Source: an uncultured virus (IMG/VR IMGVR_UViG_3300017971_000213)
Taxonomy: Duplodnaviria > Heunggongvirae > Uroviricota > Caudoviricetes
Length of the DNA: 64,000 bases
Direction: 5' to 3' (one strand)
Virus record (IMG/VR): IMGVR_UViG_3300017971_000213
Location: 62,001 to 126,000 of that record
Part shown: piece after piece, positions 51,577 to 59,950 of the stretch
How positions within the stretch are numbered: position 1 is the stretch's first letter
Layout of the letters: each line of letters begins with the position of its first letter
Notes under the pieces: model-generated
Database searches by the model: none
The model's input: the letters and a program-made list of their open reading frames with translations, nothing else
What the model was told of the DNA's origin: nothing
Program-made: the position numbers and the translations under genes

Positions 51577-52307
51577 GAGTTTCCCTCCTTGGCTGCTAGG
51601 AACCCTCGGGGGATAACGGGGTTCCGCATCTCGATCTCACCCACGCCTGCACACTTCGTGCACTTGTTATAGATCTTCCGGATGTCCTTCTTGGGGACTT
51701 CGACCGTACCGTGCCCGTCACAAGCGTTGCAGGTCTGCCCCACCTTGTCCGTGCCGGGGATGTACCTGGCCCGACGGAGAAAGTCGAAAGCAGACCGCGC
51801 GGAGTACTGCTTCTTCTTCCTTGGGTAGAACCAACCGGTACCCTTGCAGAGATAGCACTCCCCGGAAACCTTACCCGTCTTGGGATGCTTGTACTTACCG
51901 TCACCGCCGCACTTGCGACACGGGTACCGTACGAGACCACCGCCTCCGCACTTCTCGCACGTGGCAGTCTCGTATCCGACGGTCTTCGTGAACTCCTGGT
52001 ACCCCCGACCTTGGCAGGTCTCGCAGGTCCTGGCAGACGTCGTGAGAGGGTAGCCATGACCCAACTCCACCAGAGGTGTCCCATCGACGGTAGAAAGGGC
52101 CTTGTCGGTCCCGGAAGCCCCGGTAGCAGAGACATGCCCCTCTAGCGTAGAAAAGGCCGCCTGAAGCTCCTGAAAGGCCTCCCCTGAGCCTCCGGTGTCG
52201 GGATGGGCGAGCAGGGACTGCTTTCGGAAAGCCGACTTCAGCTCTGTGAAGGTGAACTTGGCGTCCACCGAGAAACCCAGCAATTCCCTGGCACGAAGCT
52301 CCTTCAC
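51573..52307 (-). CDS. DnaJ-like protein (J domain plus CxxCxGxG Zn repeats)
   Basis: HPD motif; six CxxCxGxG-type repeats. Confidence 0.85.
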   Translation of the reverse strand: MKELRARELLGFSVDAKFTFTELKSAFRKQSLLAHPDTGGSGEAFQELQAAFSTLEGHVSATGASGTDKALSTVDGTPLVELGHGYPLTTSARTCETCQGRGYQEFTKTVGYETATCEKCGGGGLVRYPCRKCGGDGKYKHPKTGKVSGECYLCKGTGWFYPRKKKQYSARSAFDFLRRARYIPGTDKVGQTCNACDGHGTVEVPKKDIRKIYNKCTKCAGVGEIEMRNPVIPRGFLAAKEGNS

Positions 52308-52585
52308 GGGGAGGTGCTCCCGTCTTTCAGGCCCGGACGGTCTTTCTCGGAGTCGACAATCGTGACGGGTGCGAGACCCAGCACGGTCCCTTTGGGGATC
52401 ACCACATCACCCACCGCCGTGCGAACTTCCACCGTGACCTCAGGATCGACGTACCGCTGGCGGGGGTAGTTGCGCTCGCACCATTGACCGAGAAAGAAAG
52501 CCCCGATCAGCGCAGCGGGAAAGACCAGTAGGATGACCCAGAAGAGCACTACTGGGCCTTCGACGACAGACGAAGCTGTACGCAA
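52304..52585 (-). CDS. Small membrane protein
   Basis: Hydrophobic N-terminal helix. Confidence 0.5.
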   Translation of the reverse strand: MRTASSVVEGPVVLFWVILLVFPAALIGAFFLGQWCERNYPRQRYVDPEVTVEVRTAVGDVVIPKGTVLGLAPVTIVDSEKDRPGLKDGSTSP

Positions 52586-52791
52586 TCAGCCGGTGTGGTC
52601 AACTCTATCTCACGACTGATTTGCAAACCATGCTTGTCTACGGCCGCGACCCGGTCGACGATCTTGCCGTCAGGGCTCGTGAAGGTCTTCCCCACGTAGG
52701 GCGTGAACAGCTCGACCATCTTTTCCGGGTACCTCGCGCACTCCCACAGCATCTCCCGGTAGACTTCCCACTCTGCCTTCTTCTTAGCCAT
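52549..52791 (-). CDS. Hypothetical protein
   Basis: Start MAKKK with GGAGGAG RBS. Confidence 0.55.
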   Translation of the reverse strand: MAKKKAEWEVYREMLWECARYPEKMVELFTPYVGKTFTSPDGKIVDRVAAVDKHGLQISREIELTTPADCVQLRLSSKAQ

Positions 52792-52792
52792 C

Positions 52793-52978
52793 CTACTCCT
52801 CCACGGGTTCGATCTGCACATTGAGCCCTTCGCCGCTCTCTTCGTCTTGCGCTGCGAAATTGATCAAATCTTCCCAGTTACCGAGGTCGGCTTCAGCCAT
52901 CTCCTTCGGATCAGCTGTCCCATAGAACTTCGGGTTAGCCTCGTACTCATAGGTCACTGTCAGCCGCAGCTTCGTCAT
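52793..52978 (-). CDS. Hypothetical protein
   Basis: 61-aa coupled ORF. Confidence 0.55.
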   Translation of the reverse strand: MTKLRLTVTYEYEANPKFYGTADPKEMAEADLGNWEDLINFAAQDEESGEGLNVQIEPVEE

Positions 52979-53313
52979 CTTGGGGTTCCCTCCATTTCTA
53001 GGTACTCTTCAAGGATCTCTTCCGGATCAGTCTTGCTGTTCGGATTCTTACCCTCCGACCACCGCCACTGACCGATCTCGTCTGCCATCATCCGCGCGAT
53101 TTTTTCCCACCTTTTGGCCTCCCCGCGAATATAGATCATCTTCCCCTCGACACGTTGAGACACGACGGCATGCGCGAACTGAGAGTCCTTGCGGTAACGG
53201 GAAACGTCCTTGATCGCCTGGGCCAGATCCGCCTCGGCTGCCTCGGCGCGCTTCCGGTACCCCGCAATGAGTTCTGATGCATCGAGCCTGAACTGGATAT
53301 TTCCGTGGCCCAT
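52975..53313 (-). CDS. Hypothetical protein
   Basis: Start after GGAGGACTGAG. Confidence 0.55.
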   Translation of the reverse strand: MGHGNIQFRLDASELIAGYRKRAEAAEADLAQAIKDVSRYRKDSQFAHAVVSQRVEGKMIYIRGEAKRWEKIARMMADEIGQWRWSEGKNPNSKTDPEEILEEYLEMEGTPR

Positions 53314-53314
53314 C

Positions 53315-53992
53315 TCAGTCCTCCGCTGACCACCACACGTACGCGGTCTCGTAGGTCGGGATGGGTACACCATGGAGATAGGACATGTACTCCAGCTTGA
53401 CGTACTTCTCGTTATCTTGCCTGCGGCATCCGGAAAGGATATCCCCCATCACCATTAGCTCGTCTTCCAGATCCAGCATTATCTCATCGCACACAGACTG
53501 CTTCGAGTGGGTTACGTAGGCGTCGATGTCATCGTAGCATTCGTCGAGTTCCGACTCCAGAGACTCCTCCTCTTGACGACAACGTCTGAGTTTCTTCAAG
53601 CTCTCCTCATGTCCCTTAGAGAGGTCCTTGAGCTTCTTCTGTACACGGCTCAATCGATCCGCGATCAGACGTCGAGGTTCCCCACAGAACCCATGAGCCT
53701 CACACCACAGCTCTTCGTCCGTGGCCGGAGGCAGCTTCATGTCCTTTTCCAGCTCAGCGACTCTGCACTCCACAGATACTTCCTCGCGAAGCTCCTCCTT
53801 GAAGTCTTCGGTCTTCCACTGCGAGTAACCGTAGATCACTCCACAGGTAGCGCCGCCAGCCAGCACCAGGACGATCAACGACGCTACAATATCACTGACG
53901 TCTCTTGCCCCGGCGTCATCGCGCTCCCTGTCATCCGTCCGGCTGACAACAGAACCACAATGCTGGCATTTCAGGCTACCCATTCGGCCCAC
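53315..53992 (-). CDS. Membrane-anchored coiled-coil protein
   Basis: CQHC, TM helix, coiled coil. Confidence 0.6.
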   Translation of the reverse strand: MGRMGSLKCQHCGSVVSRTDDRERDDAGARDVSDIVASLIVLVLAGGATCGVIYGYSQWKTEDFKEELREEVSVECRVAELEKDMKLPPATDEELWCEAHGFCGEPRRLIADRLSRVQKKLKDLSKGHEESLKKLRRCRQEEESLESELDECYDDIDAYVTHSKQSVCDEIMLDLEDELMVMGDILSGCRRQDNEKYVKLEYMSYLHGVPIPTYETAYVWWSAED

Positions 53993-54743
53993 CCTTCATC
54001 GGTATCGGACCTTCCCCGTTGGCCCACTGACGTAGCTCCTCTACGGTGAACCAACCGCAGTTGTTCTCACGCTGCCGTCGAGGGTTCAGCCATGTCCGTA
54101 CCACCCCGTCATCACCTCTGTGGAGCGTAGTGCCCATCGAGTACCAGTGGCATCCTGCGGTCTTCAGAACCTCTTCCAGGTCCCCCGCAGCGAGAACCCA
54201 CGCGTCCCTGATCGCAATGCGCTCCAGATCGTCCCTCCTCCACTTGTCTAGAATCTTCTGGGAAACACGACTGGCGATGAGGATCATCAGCCCGCTACCC
54301 GCGAAGGGGTTCCGGGAACCAGATAGACAGACAAAAGCGTCCTTGTCCCGCAACGCATCGAAGATCTCATCGAGCCGACGAAGACCGACTGGATCACGGG
54401 CGAGAAGAGCAAGCGACTCCTCGTTCCACGCACACGCCAGGTCATTGTCGTAGAAGTTCAGCTCTCCGAAATGGACTTCTCGAACCTCTCTGTCCCACAA
54501 CGGTCTCGTATACGCGAAACCCTTTCCTTGCGGGTTATCTATCTTGCGGAGACCCGCCTCGGGGGTCTTGGTCACCCGGATAGCGTCAGCGCCCACGACA
54601 TCCGGGTCCGTCCCGACCCCAAAAGCCTCCTTGATGTGCTTGATACCTACCTCGTGCTCGGCGCAGTAATCGTAACCCAATGAGACGCCGACGAACGTAC
54701 CGTTCTCGACGATAAAGGACATCTCCCTCGTTGTTGCGCGCAT
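53976..54743 (-). CDS. Conserved phage hypothetical protein
   Basis: LGYDYCAEHEVG...WLNP...CGWFTVEEL; follows an early-type promoter. Confidence 0.7.
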   Translation of the reverse strand: MRATTREMSFIVENGTFVGVSLGYDYCAEHEVGIKHIKEAFGVGTDPDVVGADAIRVTKTPEAGLRKIDNPQGKGFAYTRPLWDREVREVHFGELNFYDNDLACAWNEESLALLARDPVGLRRLDEIFDALRDKDAFVCLSGSRNPFAGSGLMILIASRVSQKILDKWRRDDLERIAIRDAWVLAAGDLEEVLKTAGCHWYSMGTTLHRGDDGVVRTWLNPRRQRENNCGWFTVEELRQWANGEGPIPMKGGPNG

Positions 54744-54779
54744 TGTGCCCTCCGTAGCAAGTCCCGTACAACTCTCATA

Positions 54780-54808
54780 GCTATATCATAGGCTCACTAG
54801 CCTGTCAA
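54780..54808 (-). promoter_or_regulatory. Sigma70-like promoter (early class)
   Basis: TTGACA-N17-TATAGC. Confidence 0.6.
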
Positions 54809-54830
54809 CCCTAAAGCACCCCGTGCCAAG

Positions 54831-55214
54831 CTATTTTCGGGGACGTACCCGTTTGAGGAGCACCTGCACGACAGTCGTACCGTCCTCCGCCGCGCAGTCC
54901 CACATCGCAGCCAGCTCCCATCCGCGAGCCCCCTCCCCGTTTAGGATGCACGGGAGATCGTTAGACTCCGTGAGAACCATCTGCATCCTCCGGTACTGGA
55001 TCAATGGAGTCTCAGAGTCGTAGTAAGTCGTGCACAGCTCACAGAGCCGATGCAACTTACGACCGCCCGAGATCTGAATCGGCGTCAACCGATCTTTGAT
55101 GTGCTCGTCACAGAAGCGCGCCCCGCAGTCGTCGCACATGTGTATACCGAAGGAATCTGTAGTAGCGTAACACCCTGGATGCGCGCACACCAGGGACGGC
55201 TTGTCCTTAGACAT
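54831..55214 (-). CDS. Zn-finger plus DUF4177-like protein
   Basis: CDDC..FCDEH; LNGEGARGWEL...LLKR. Confidence 0.55.
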   Translation of the reverse strand: MSKDKPSLVCAHPGCYATTDSFGIHMCDDCGARFCDEHIKDRLTPIQISGGRKLHRLCELCTTYYDSETPLIQYRRMQMVLTESNDLPCILNGEGARGWELAAMWDCAAEDGTTVVQVLLKRVRPRK

Positions 55215-55719
55215 CGTCTCCCTCCACGGCTAGGATTTCGTCCATCCTCTGAGTGCCGATGGCCTCTCTGATCTTGGCCAAGTCGGTTTCCATGCGCTGG
55301 CACTGCTCGGACAGTCGATCCCTCTCGTCCCCCAGCTCCGCCCGCACCTCAAGCCCGCGAGTGACATCTCCTCGGAGCTGATTGTTCAGCCTCTTGGCCT
55401 CCTTCAATAGCTCCTGGGTATCCCTGACCTCCAGACGAGCCTTCTGGGCTACCTCCTTGGCTTTCTCGGCATCTTCGTTCGCCCACTTGACCGCAGCGTC
55501 CTCGTTGAGTCGCATAAGGAATCGTGTAGATGTCGAAGGCACCATCTCGTCTCGGTAAACGGGATTCCCGTACTGGTCCTGGTTCCCGCTCTGGCAAGAC
55601 TGCATACGAGACTCCTGCTCTTGATACACCCCCACGATCTCGTACCCGCAGAGAGACAGCGCGTGAACTTTCTCCTCCTCGACGACCTGAACCTCTCCCG
55701 TCAATTCCATCTTGATCAT
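55207..55719 (-). CDS. Coiled-coil hypothetical protein
   Basis: 170-aa coupled ORF. Confidence 0.6.
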   Translation of the reverse strand: MIKMELTGEVQVVEEEKVHALSLCGYEIVGVYQEQESRMQSCQSGNQDQYGNPVYRDEMVPSTSTRFLMRLNEDAAVKWANEDAEKAKEVAQKARLEVRDTQELLKEAKRLNNQLRGDVTRGLEVRAELGDERDRLSEQCQRMETDLAKIREAIGTQRMDEILAVEGDDV

Positions 55720-56159
55720 TTTCCGTCCTCCTTTTCGTGGAGTTCCTCCCGCAGCTGGATCAACTCTGCCAGCACGGGGTCATCGGGCTCTTCGTACTTC
55801 TCAGGTTCCACGGTCTTGGCCCCTTTGTAGAGGTTGCATTGAGGACACGCCAACTGGAGGTTGGTGAGGTCAAACTCAGCACCTCCCTTGGAGAGAGGTA
55901 CGATGTGGTCGACATGGAACTTCTGGTGTCGCCGGATGCGCGAGCCGCAAATCATACAGATACCCCCATCGCGCTCGTAGACGACCCTGCGAACCCTCTT
56001 CCAGTCCGTCCCCATGAAGAAGTCGCGCAGACACTCCCGGCCGCAGAACGACGTTCTCCTGCCGCTCAGGGTCTTCCCGCATACCCTACAAAGACGTCGC
56101 CCCTGCGCGTCCTTACGGTACGGGAACAGCTTCGCATTGCTGTGAACGAGTCGACTCAT
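55716..56159 (-). CDS. HNH endonuclease
   Basis: RDGGICMICG...VDHIVPLSKGG...NLQLACPQCN. Confidence 0.85.
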   Translation of the reverse strand: MSRLVHSNAKLFPYRKDAQGRRLCRVCGKTLSGRRTSFCGRECLRDFFMGTDWKRVRRVVYERDGGICMICGSRIRRHQKFHVDHIVPLSKGGAEFDLTNLQLACPQCNLYKGAKTVEPEKYEEPDDPVLAELIQLREELHEKEDGK

Positions 56160-56392
56160 TCCGAAAACCCAGCAACCAACGGGAACACCTTGTCGAAGCA
56201 CTCTCGGGCATCGACGTACTGCTCCGGACGAACCCTCTTCGGGGTATCCATGAACTCTTCTACGTTCGCGGTGATGCCGAGGTTGACCAGCTCGTCGAAG
56301 CACTCGCAGCAGATGTACCCAAGCCGGTTCGAGTAGCGATCACACATCACGTTGTCGCAACCTGTCCTGTCGCACGCCATCACTCCCATCAT
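56156..56392 (-). CDS. Small Cys-rich protein
   Basis: MGVMACDRTGCDNVMCDRYS..GYICCEC. Confidence 0.6.
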   Translation of the reverse strand: MMGVMACDRTGCDNVMCDRYSNRLGYICCECFDELVNLGITANVEEFMDTPKRVRPEQYVDARECFDKVFPLVAGFSE

Positions 56393-56670
56393 GCACCTCT
56401 CTGAAGGGGGATCACGGAAAACTTGCACGGAGTCCCGTCGGTCAACCTCTTGATCCGAATCGCCCGTTTGTCTCTCGAAGGACCCAGCTCGATGTACCCA
56501 AAACGCACTAGCTCGTCGAGATGGTCCTTCACCGTACCTACGTTCCGCAACTGTAGCAGATCTGCGAGCCGGCGGCGCGTCGGAGGATAGCCCATGCGGT
56601 CGATATAGGAAATCACCGTCTCCAGCACTTCGAGCTGACGGGTGGTCGGTTTTGTACTCTTGAGGGCCAT
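56389..56670 (-). CDS. LexA-type DNA-binding domain protein without peptidase domain
   Basis: TTRQLEVL...GYPPTRR.LA...TVKDHLDEL...GYI...RAI. Confidence 0.8.
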   Translation of the reverse strand: MALKSTKPTTRQLEVLETVISYIDRMGYPPTRRRLADLLQLRNVGTVKDHLDELVRFGYIELGPSRDKRAIRIKRLTDGTPCKFSVIPLQRGA

Positions 56671-56673
56671 CGA

Positions 56674-56967
56674 CTACTTCCTTGGATCTGAGCAGATGCT
56701 CTCAGTCGACATGTAACCACCCCTCTGAGAGCGCCGGTTCATCTCCAACGACAGATACACAACTAGCGCAGCCATTCCTTCACAGCGAAGCTTTTCAGCC
56801 TTCGTGCGCGGCTTGGTCGGGTGAATGCACTCGCCCACGTAATACATGTGTGCATCCGACTCAGCGATGTAGTAGCCGATCTCCTTGCAGTCGCTCTTCG
56901 AGTACTCCCCGTCGCCCTTGGCCGACAGGCAGAGCACGGCCAGTATCAGTAAGAAACACACTCGCAC
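56674..56967 (-). CDS. Small secreted/membrane protein
   Basis: Signal-peptide-like N-terminus. Confidence 0.5.
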   Translation of the reverse strand: MRVCFLLILAVLCLSAKGDGEYSKSDCKEIGYYIAESDAHMYYVGECIHPTKPRTKAEKLRCEGMAALVVYLSLEMNRRSQRGGYMSTESICSDPRK

Positions 56968-56968
56968 G

Positions 56969-57289
56969 TCAGCCCTCCTGTTCCTTCCCTCGGAGTAGGG
57001 AGATGAGCGTACAGGAGAGGCAGCCAGAGCCGTCCTTTCTGTCGATGCAGCCGATCTCCTTGTACAGCTCCGAAAAGACCTTGCGGGATTCCTCCAGTCG
57101 ACCCTCCAGCTCTTCGAGGCGACACCACGGGCAGTTCTCTTTCGGGACGTAGCCTACCCCGTCACATCCGGGACGAATGACCTCGGTAAAACCATGTTTG
57201 GGGCACCGAATCGCAACCGACAGCACAAAGTCTCTCTTGCAGTCGGTCATGTCGGCATCCTTGTCAGCAATTCGCAGCTTTTCTGCCAC
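56969..57289 (-). CDS. Cys-rich hypothetical protein
   Basis: CPKHG, CPWC. Confidence 0.5.
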   Translation of the reverse strand: MAEKLRIADKDADMTDCKRDFVLSVAIRCPKHGFTEVIRPGCDGVGYVPKENCPWCRLEELEGRLEESRKVFSELYKEIGCIDRKDGSGCLSCTLISLLRGKEQEG

Positions 57290-57702
57290 GCCCAGTGCTT
57301 CTCAAGATCTCCAGGCTTGTTCTTACGGATGTACCCAGCGCCAGCGAGTCCCGTAGGGACACCTGGGAGGCGAAACTGCTCTTGTCGGCAGTTACCCACC
57401 GCAGTTCTTGCCATCATGAACGAACCCGCTAGCGAGTCTTCGTACATCGCCTCTTCGGCTTCGAAATCATGCTCCCACTGGTCATCGTCTTCACAGGTGT
57501 AATCGAATGGATCTTTGGTACGCACTGGTTTCCCGATGACACCGATTTTTACCAACGTATCTGCCGCCGCGCAGTCATGGCAGCACGGGTTGCCTTCTAG
57601 GTCGAGCGGAGCATCGGCTCCCTCTGGCAGCGGCATGATGGCTTCCTTGCGGATCGCCCCATTCATGTGCGCGTTGATACAGCGCGGACACGGATCTTGC
57701 AT
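57247..57702 (-). CDS. Hypothetical protein
   Basis: Start MQDPCPRC with GGAG RBS. Confidence 0.55.
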   Translation of the reverse strand: MQDPCPRCINAHMNGAIRKEAIMPLPEGADAPLDLEGNPCCHDCAAADTLVKIGVIGKPVRTKDPFDYTCEDDDQWEHDFEAEEAMYEDSLAGSFMMARTAVGNCRQEQFRLPGVPTGLAGAGYIRKNKPGDLEKHWAWQKSCELLTRMPT

Positions 57703-57836
57703 CACTTCTCCCTCCACTCCAGCATCGGTCTGGTCGATTCGACGCGTACCCCACACCGCAAGCGGTGTCCCTGGGACGACCCTCCCTACGCGTCATATCC
57801 AGTCCTCCTCGTACAAACCCACATAACAGCCTGACC

Positions 57837-57866
57837 TATATAGCACAGGGGCACACCGGGTGTCAA
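57837..57866 (-). promoter_or_regulatory. Sigma70-like promoter (early class)
   Basis: TTGACA-N18-TATATA. Confidence 0.6.
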
Positions 57867-57882
57867 GAAGAGGGTCGAAAAG

Positions 57883-58173
57883 TCACCTCTGCGGGTGACT
57901 ACGCCCCTCGAAGTAGCAGTCCGAAGCGTCGTCGGGGTCCAGGCCAGCGACCAAGGCCAAGTCATTGGCATCAAGGACGCCCTTCGCGGCCAAGACCTCA
58001 CAGAGCTTAGAAAACGCCGACGCGATCAGATCAACGCTCGGAGCCGTCAGTGTAGGGTAGTGGCTATTTGAATTCTGATACACGTACACCGAGGACTGGA
58101 TGAACTCCTTGACGGGTTTGACCAACTCCCCCTCAACGGGGTCGGGGTATACGATTCTGGTGCTGTCGGTCAT
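57883..58173 (-). CDS. Hypothetical protein
   Basis: 96-aa ORF. Confidence 0.5.
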   Translation of the reverse strand: MTDSTRIVYPDPVEGELVKPVKEFIQSSVYVYQNSNSHYPTLTAPSVDLIASAFSKLCEVLAAKGVLDANDLALVAGLDPDDASDCYFEGRSHPQR

Positions 58174-58174
58174 G

Positions 58175-58447
58175 TCACTTCTCCATGGATTCGAGTTCTT
58201 TCCTGAAGCTCGGTAGTCGCGCGATCATGAGACGGCAGCTGTTTGCCTTATCCGTGGGCCACAGCTTTTTCCACAAGCGGAAATACCAAGAGACCTCGCG
58301 AAACAGGAAGACCGGACGTGCGTCAGTCAGCTCGTCGAACATCTCGTCACCCAGGTAGCCCTCCTTCCAGAGCCACGCTATCATCTTCATCCCCGCATCT
58401 GTGGCAAGATCCTCGATGTCGTGCTCTGTGTACGAGTATATATGCAT
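58175..58447 (-). CDS. Hypothetical protein
   Basis: Start MHIYSY. Confidence 0.5.
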   Translation of the reverse strand: MHIYSYTEHDIEDLATDAGMKMIAWLWKEGYLGDEMFDELTDARPVFLFREVSWYFRLWKKLWPTDKANSCRLMIARLPSFRKELESMEK

Positions 58448-58448
58448 C

Positions 58449-58898
58449 TCAGTGTTTCTCCTTTCCGAAGCAGTCGTAGCAGGCATACCCTTCGCACGCC
58501 TCTTTCGTGTGAGGGGTGACGTGAGCTGGATGCCAGCCCCTGCGCATCTCTGCTATCTCGGACTCACAGGTCATCAACGACTCGTAGACGTAGTCGCAGC
58601 GCCGCATCTCCTTGTCAGCCTGCTCCTGCCAATCAACGAGCGTGTCCCAGCAAACGATCTCACGAGACTCTTCGACGTACCGTTCGATGTCCTCCTGGCA
58701 CTCGACCCACGCATGCTTCCAGTACATCACACGCTCGGTCTCGGGCTCGAACTCGGAGAACGAACTACACTCCTCGAACAGGTCCTTGTACTGCTTGACC
58801 TCGTGCTTCCACTGGAACCAGTTGAACGCCCACATACCAAGAAGCACCGTGTACGCGACGATCAAGATGTTCCACCGTCTTCGGTAATAATCATTCAC
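58449..58898 (-). CDS. Membrane-anchored Cys-rich protein
   Basis: N-terminal TM helix. Confidence 0.55.
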   Translation of the reverse strand: MNDYYRRRWNILIVAYTVLLGMWAFNWFQWKHEVKQYKDLFEECSSFSEFEPETERVMYWKHAWVECQEDIERYVEESREIVCWDTLVDWQEQADKEMRRCDYVYESLMTCESEIAEMRRGWHPAHVTPHTKEACEGYACYDCFGKEKH

Positions 58899-58939
58899 GG
58901 ACTACCACCACCTTTCCGAGAGCACGATTGCGCCCATGA

Positions 58940-59125
58940 TCAGACCCACGAACCAACCATACCCGGACTCGCCCTGAGAAGAATCCACAGCATCTGTACG
59001 ACCGGGTTCTCGAAGCCGCTAGTCACTTGAAACCACCAGACAGATGCGCCGAACAAAGCAACTATCGCCAGGACGTACAGCAATTTGCAGACGATCTCGA
59101 CCACCAGTTTCTGTACCGAAGTCAC
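58940..59125 (-). CDS. Small membrane protein
   Basis: Hydrophobic 61-aa ORF. Confidence 0.45.
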   Translation of the reverse strand: MTSVQKLVVEIVCKLLYVLAIVALFGASVWWFQVTSGFENPVVQMLWILLRASPGMVGSWV

Positions 59126-59731
59126 CTAGCCCTCCTCGACCTCAGAAAGTACATCGCAACGGCAACCCGCGTTCTTCCCAGTCTTCTGCATGTCCACTTG
59201 GCGTGTTGCTATCGAGTCGATGAAGTCCTTGTCCCACAGAACATCGATCTCCCGTTTCGAGACCTTCTTAGCCTCTTCAACCGTGAAGACATGAGCGTCT
59301 TCGAGATGAGTCGTATAGCCTGCGTAGTCCTTGGCCCACCACAGAATGCAGTTGCCGACAGGCCCACGGTTCTGCATGTAGTAGAGCTTCTCCTCCCCCG
59401 AAGATCTCCCACACTGTACGTCAGGGTACTCCCACGGAAGAGGCTCGACACCGCGTAGGCGCTGTAAGGTTTCGTAGCGGTCGTTCTCTGCATCTCCGAC
59501 AAAGGTGTCGTGCCACCCGTAGTCGTAGTGCCGGCACTGGAAGTGCATGCACCTTCCGTCCTCTACGAGATCTCCATGCTCGGCCGGCATGTCGCACCAG
59601 TCGCAGGTAGGTGGATTCTCCGCCAGGAACGCCTTGCACGCCTTCTCGCACTCCTCGGCCTCTTCGTAGGTCGAGTGCTCCGTGTAGCAGTACTCGCAGC
59701 TCCAAGGTATGTCGTCTATCCTAGTCGGCAT
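59126..59731 (-). CDS. Zn-finger hypothetical protein
   Basis: CEYC, CDWC; VGNCILWW...GYTTHL motif. Confidence 0.6.
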   Translation of the reverse strand: MPTRIDDIPWSCEYCYTEHSTYEEAEECEKACKAFLAENPPTCDWCDMPAEHGDLVEDGRCMHFQCRHYDYGWHDTFVGDAENDRYETLQRLRGVEPLPWEYPDVQCGRSSGEEKLYYMQNRGPVGNCILWWAKDYAGYTTHLEDAHVFTVEEAKKVSKREIDVLWDKDFIDSIATRQVDMQKTGKNAGCRCDVLSEVEEG

Positions 59732-59890
59732 CCCATCCTCCCTCTTTCTCCAGCTCCCCCAGGGAACCGAGAATCTCCCGCAGGCTGTCATACGAAGTAC
59801 GACTGTCGCACCCCCGCTGCTTCTCTGTCCACTCCCGCACTTCGCGCAGTTTAGCTTCGGCAACTTCGGCACGGGCCGTTTAATTTAGTC

Positions 59891-59945
59891 GGGGTGCTGC
59901 GTCGGGTTGGAGAGTCGTCCTAAACAGGTTATGACGCAGCACCCC
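59891..59945. repeat. Perfect 13-bp inverted repeat
   Basis: GGGGTGCTGCGTC-N29-GACGCAGCACCCC. Confidence 0.9.
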
Positions 59946-59950
59946 ATGTT

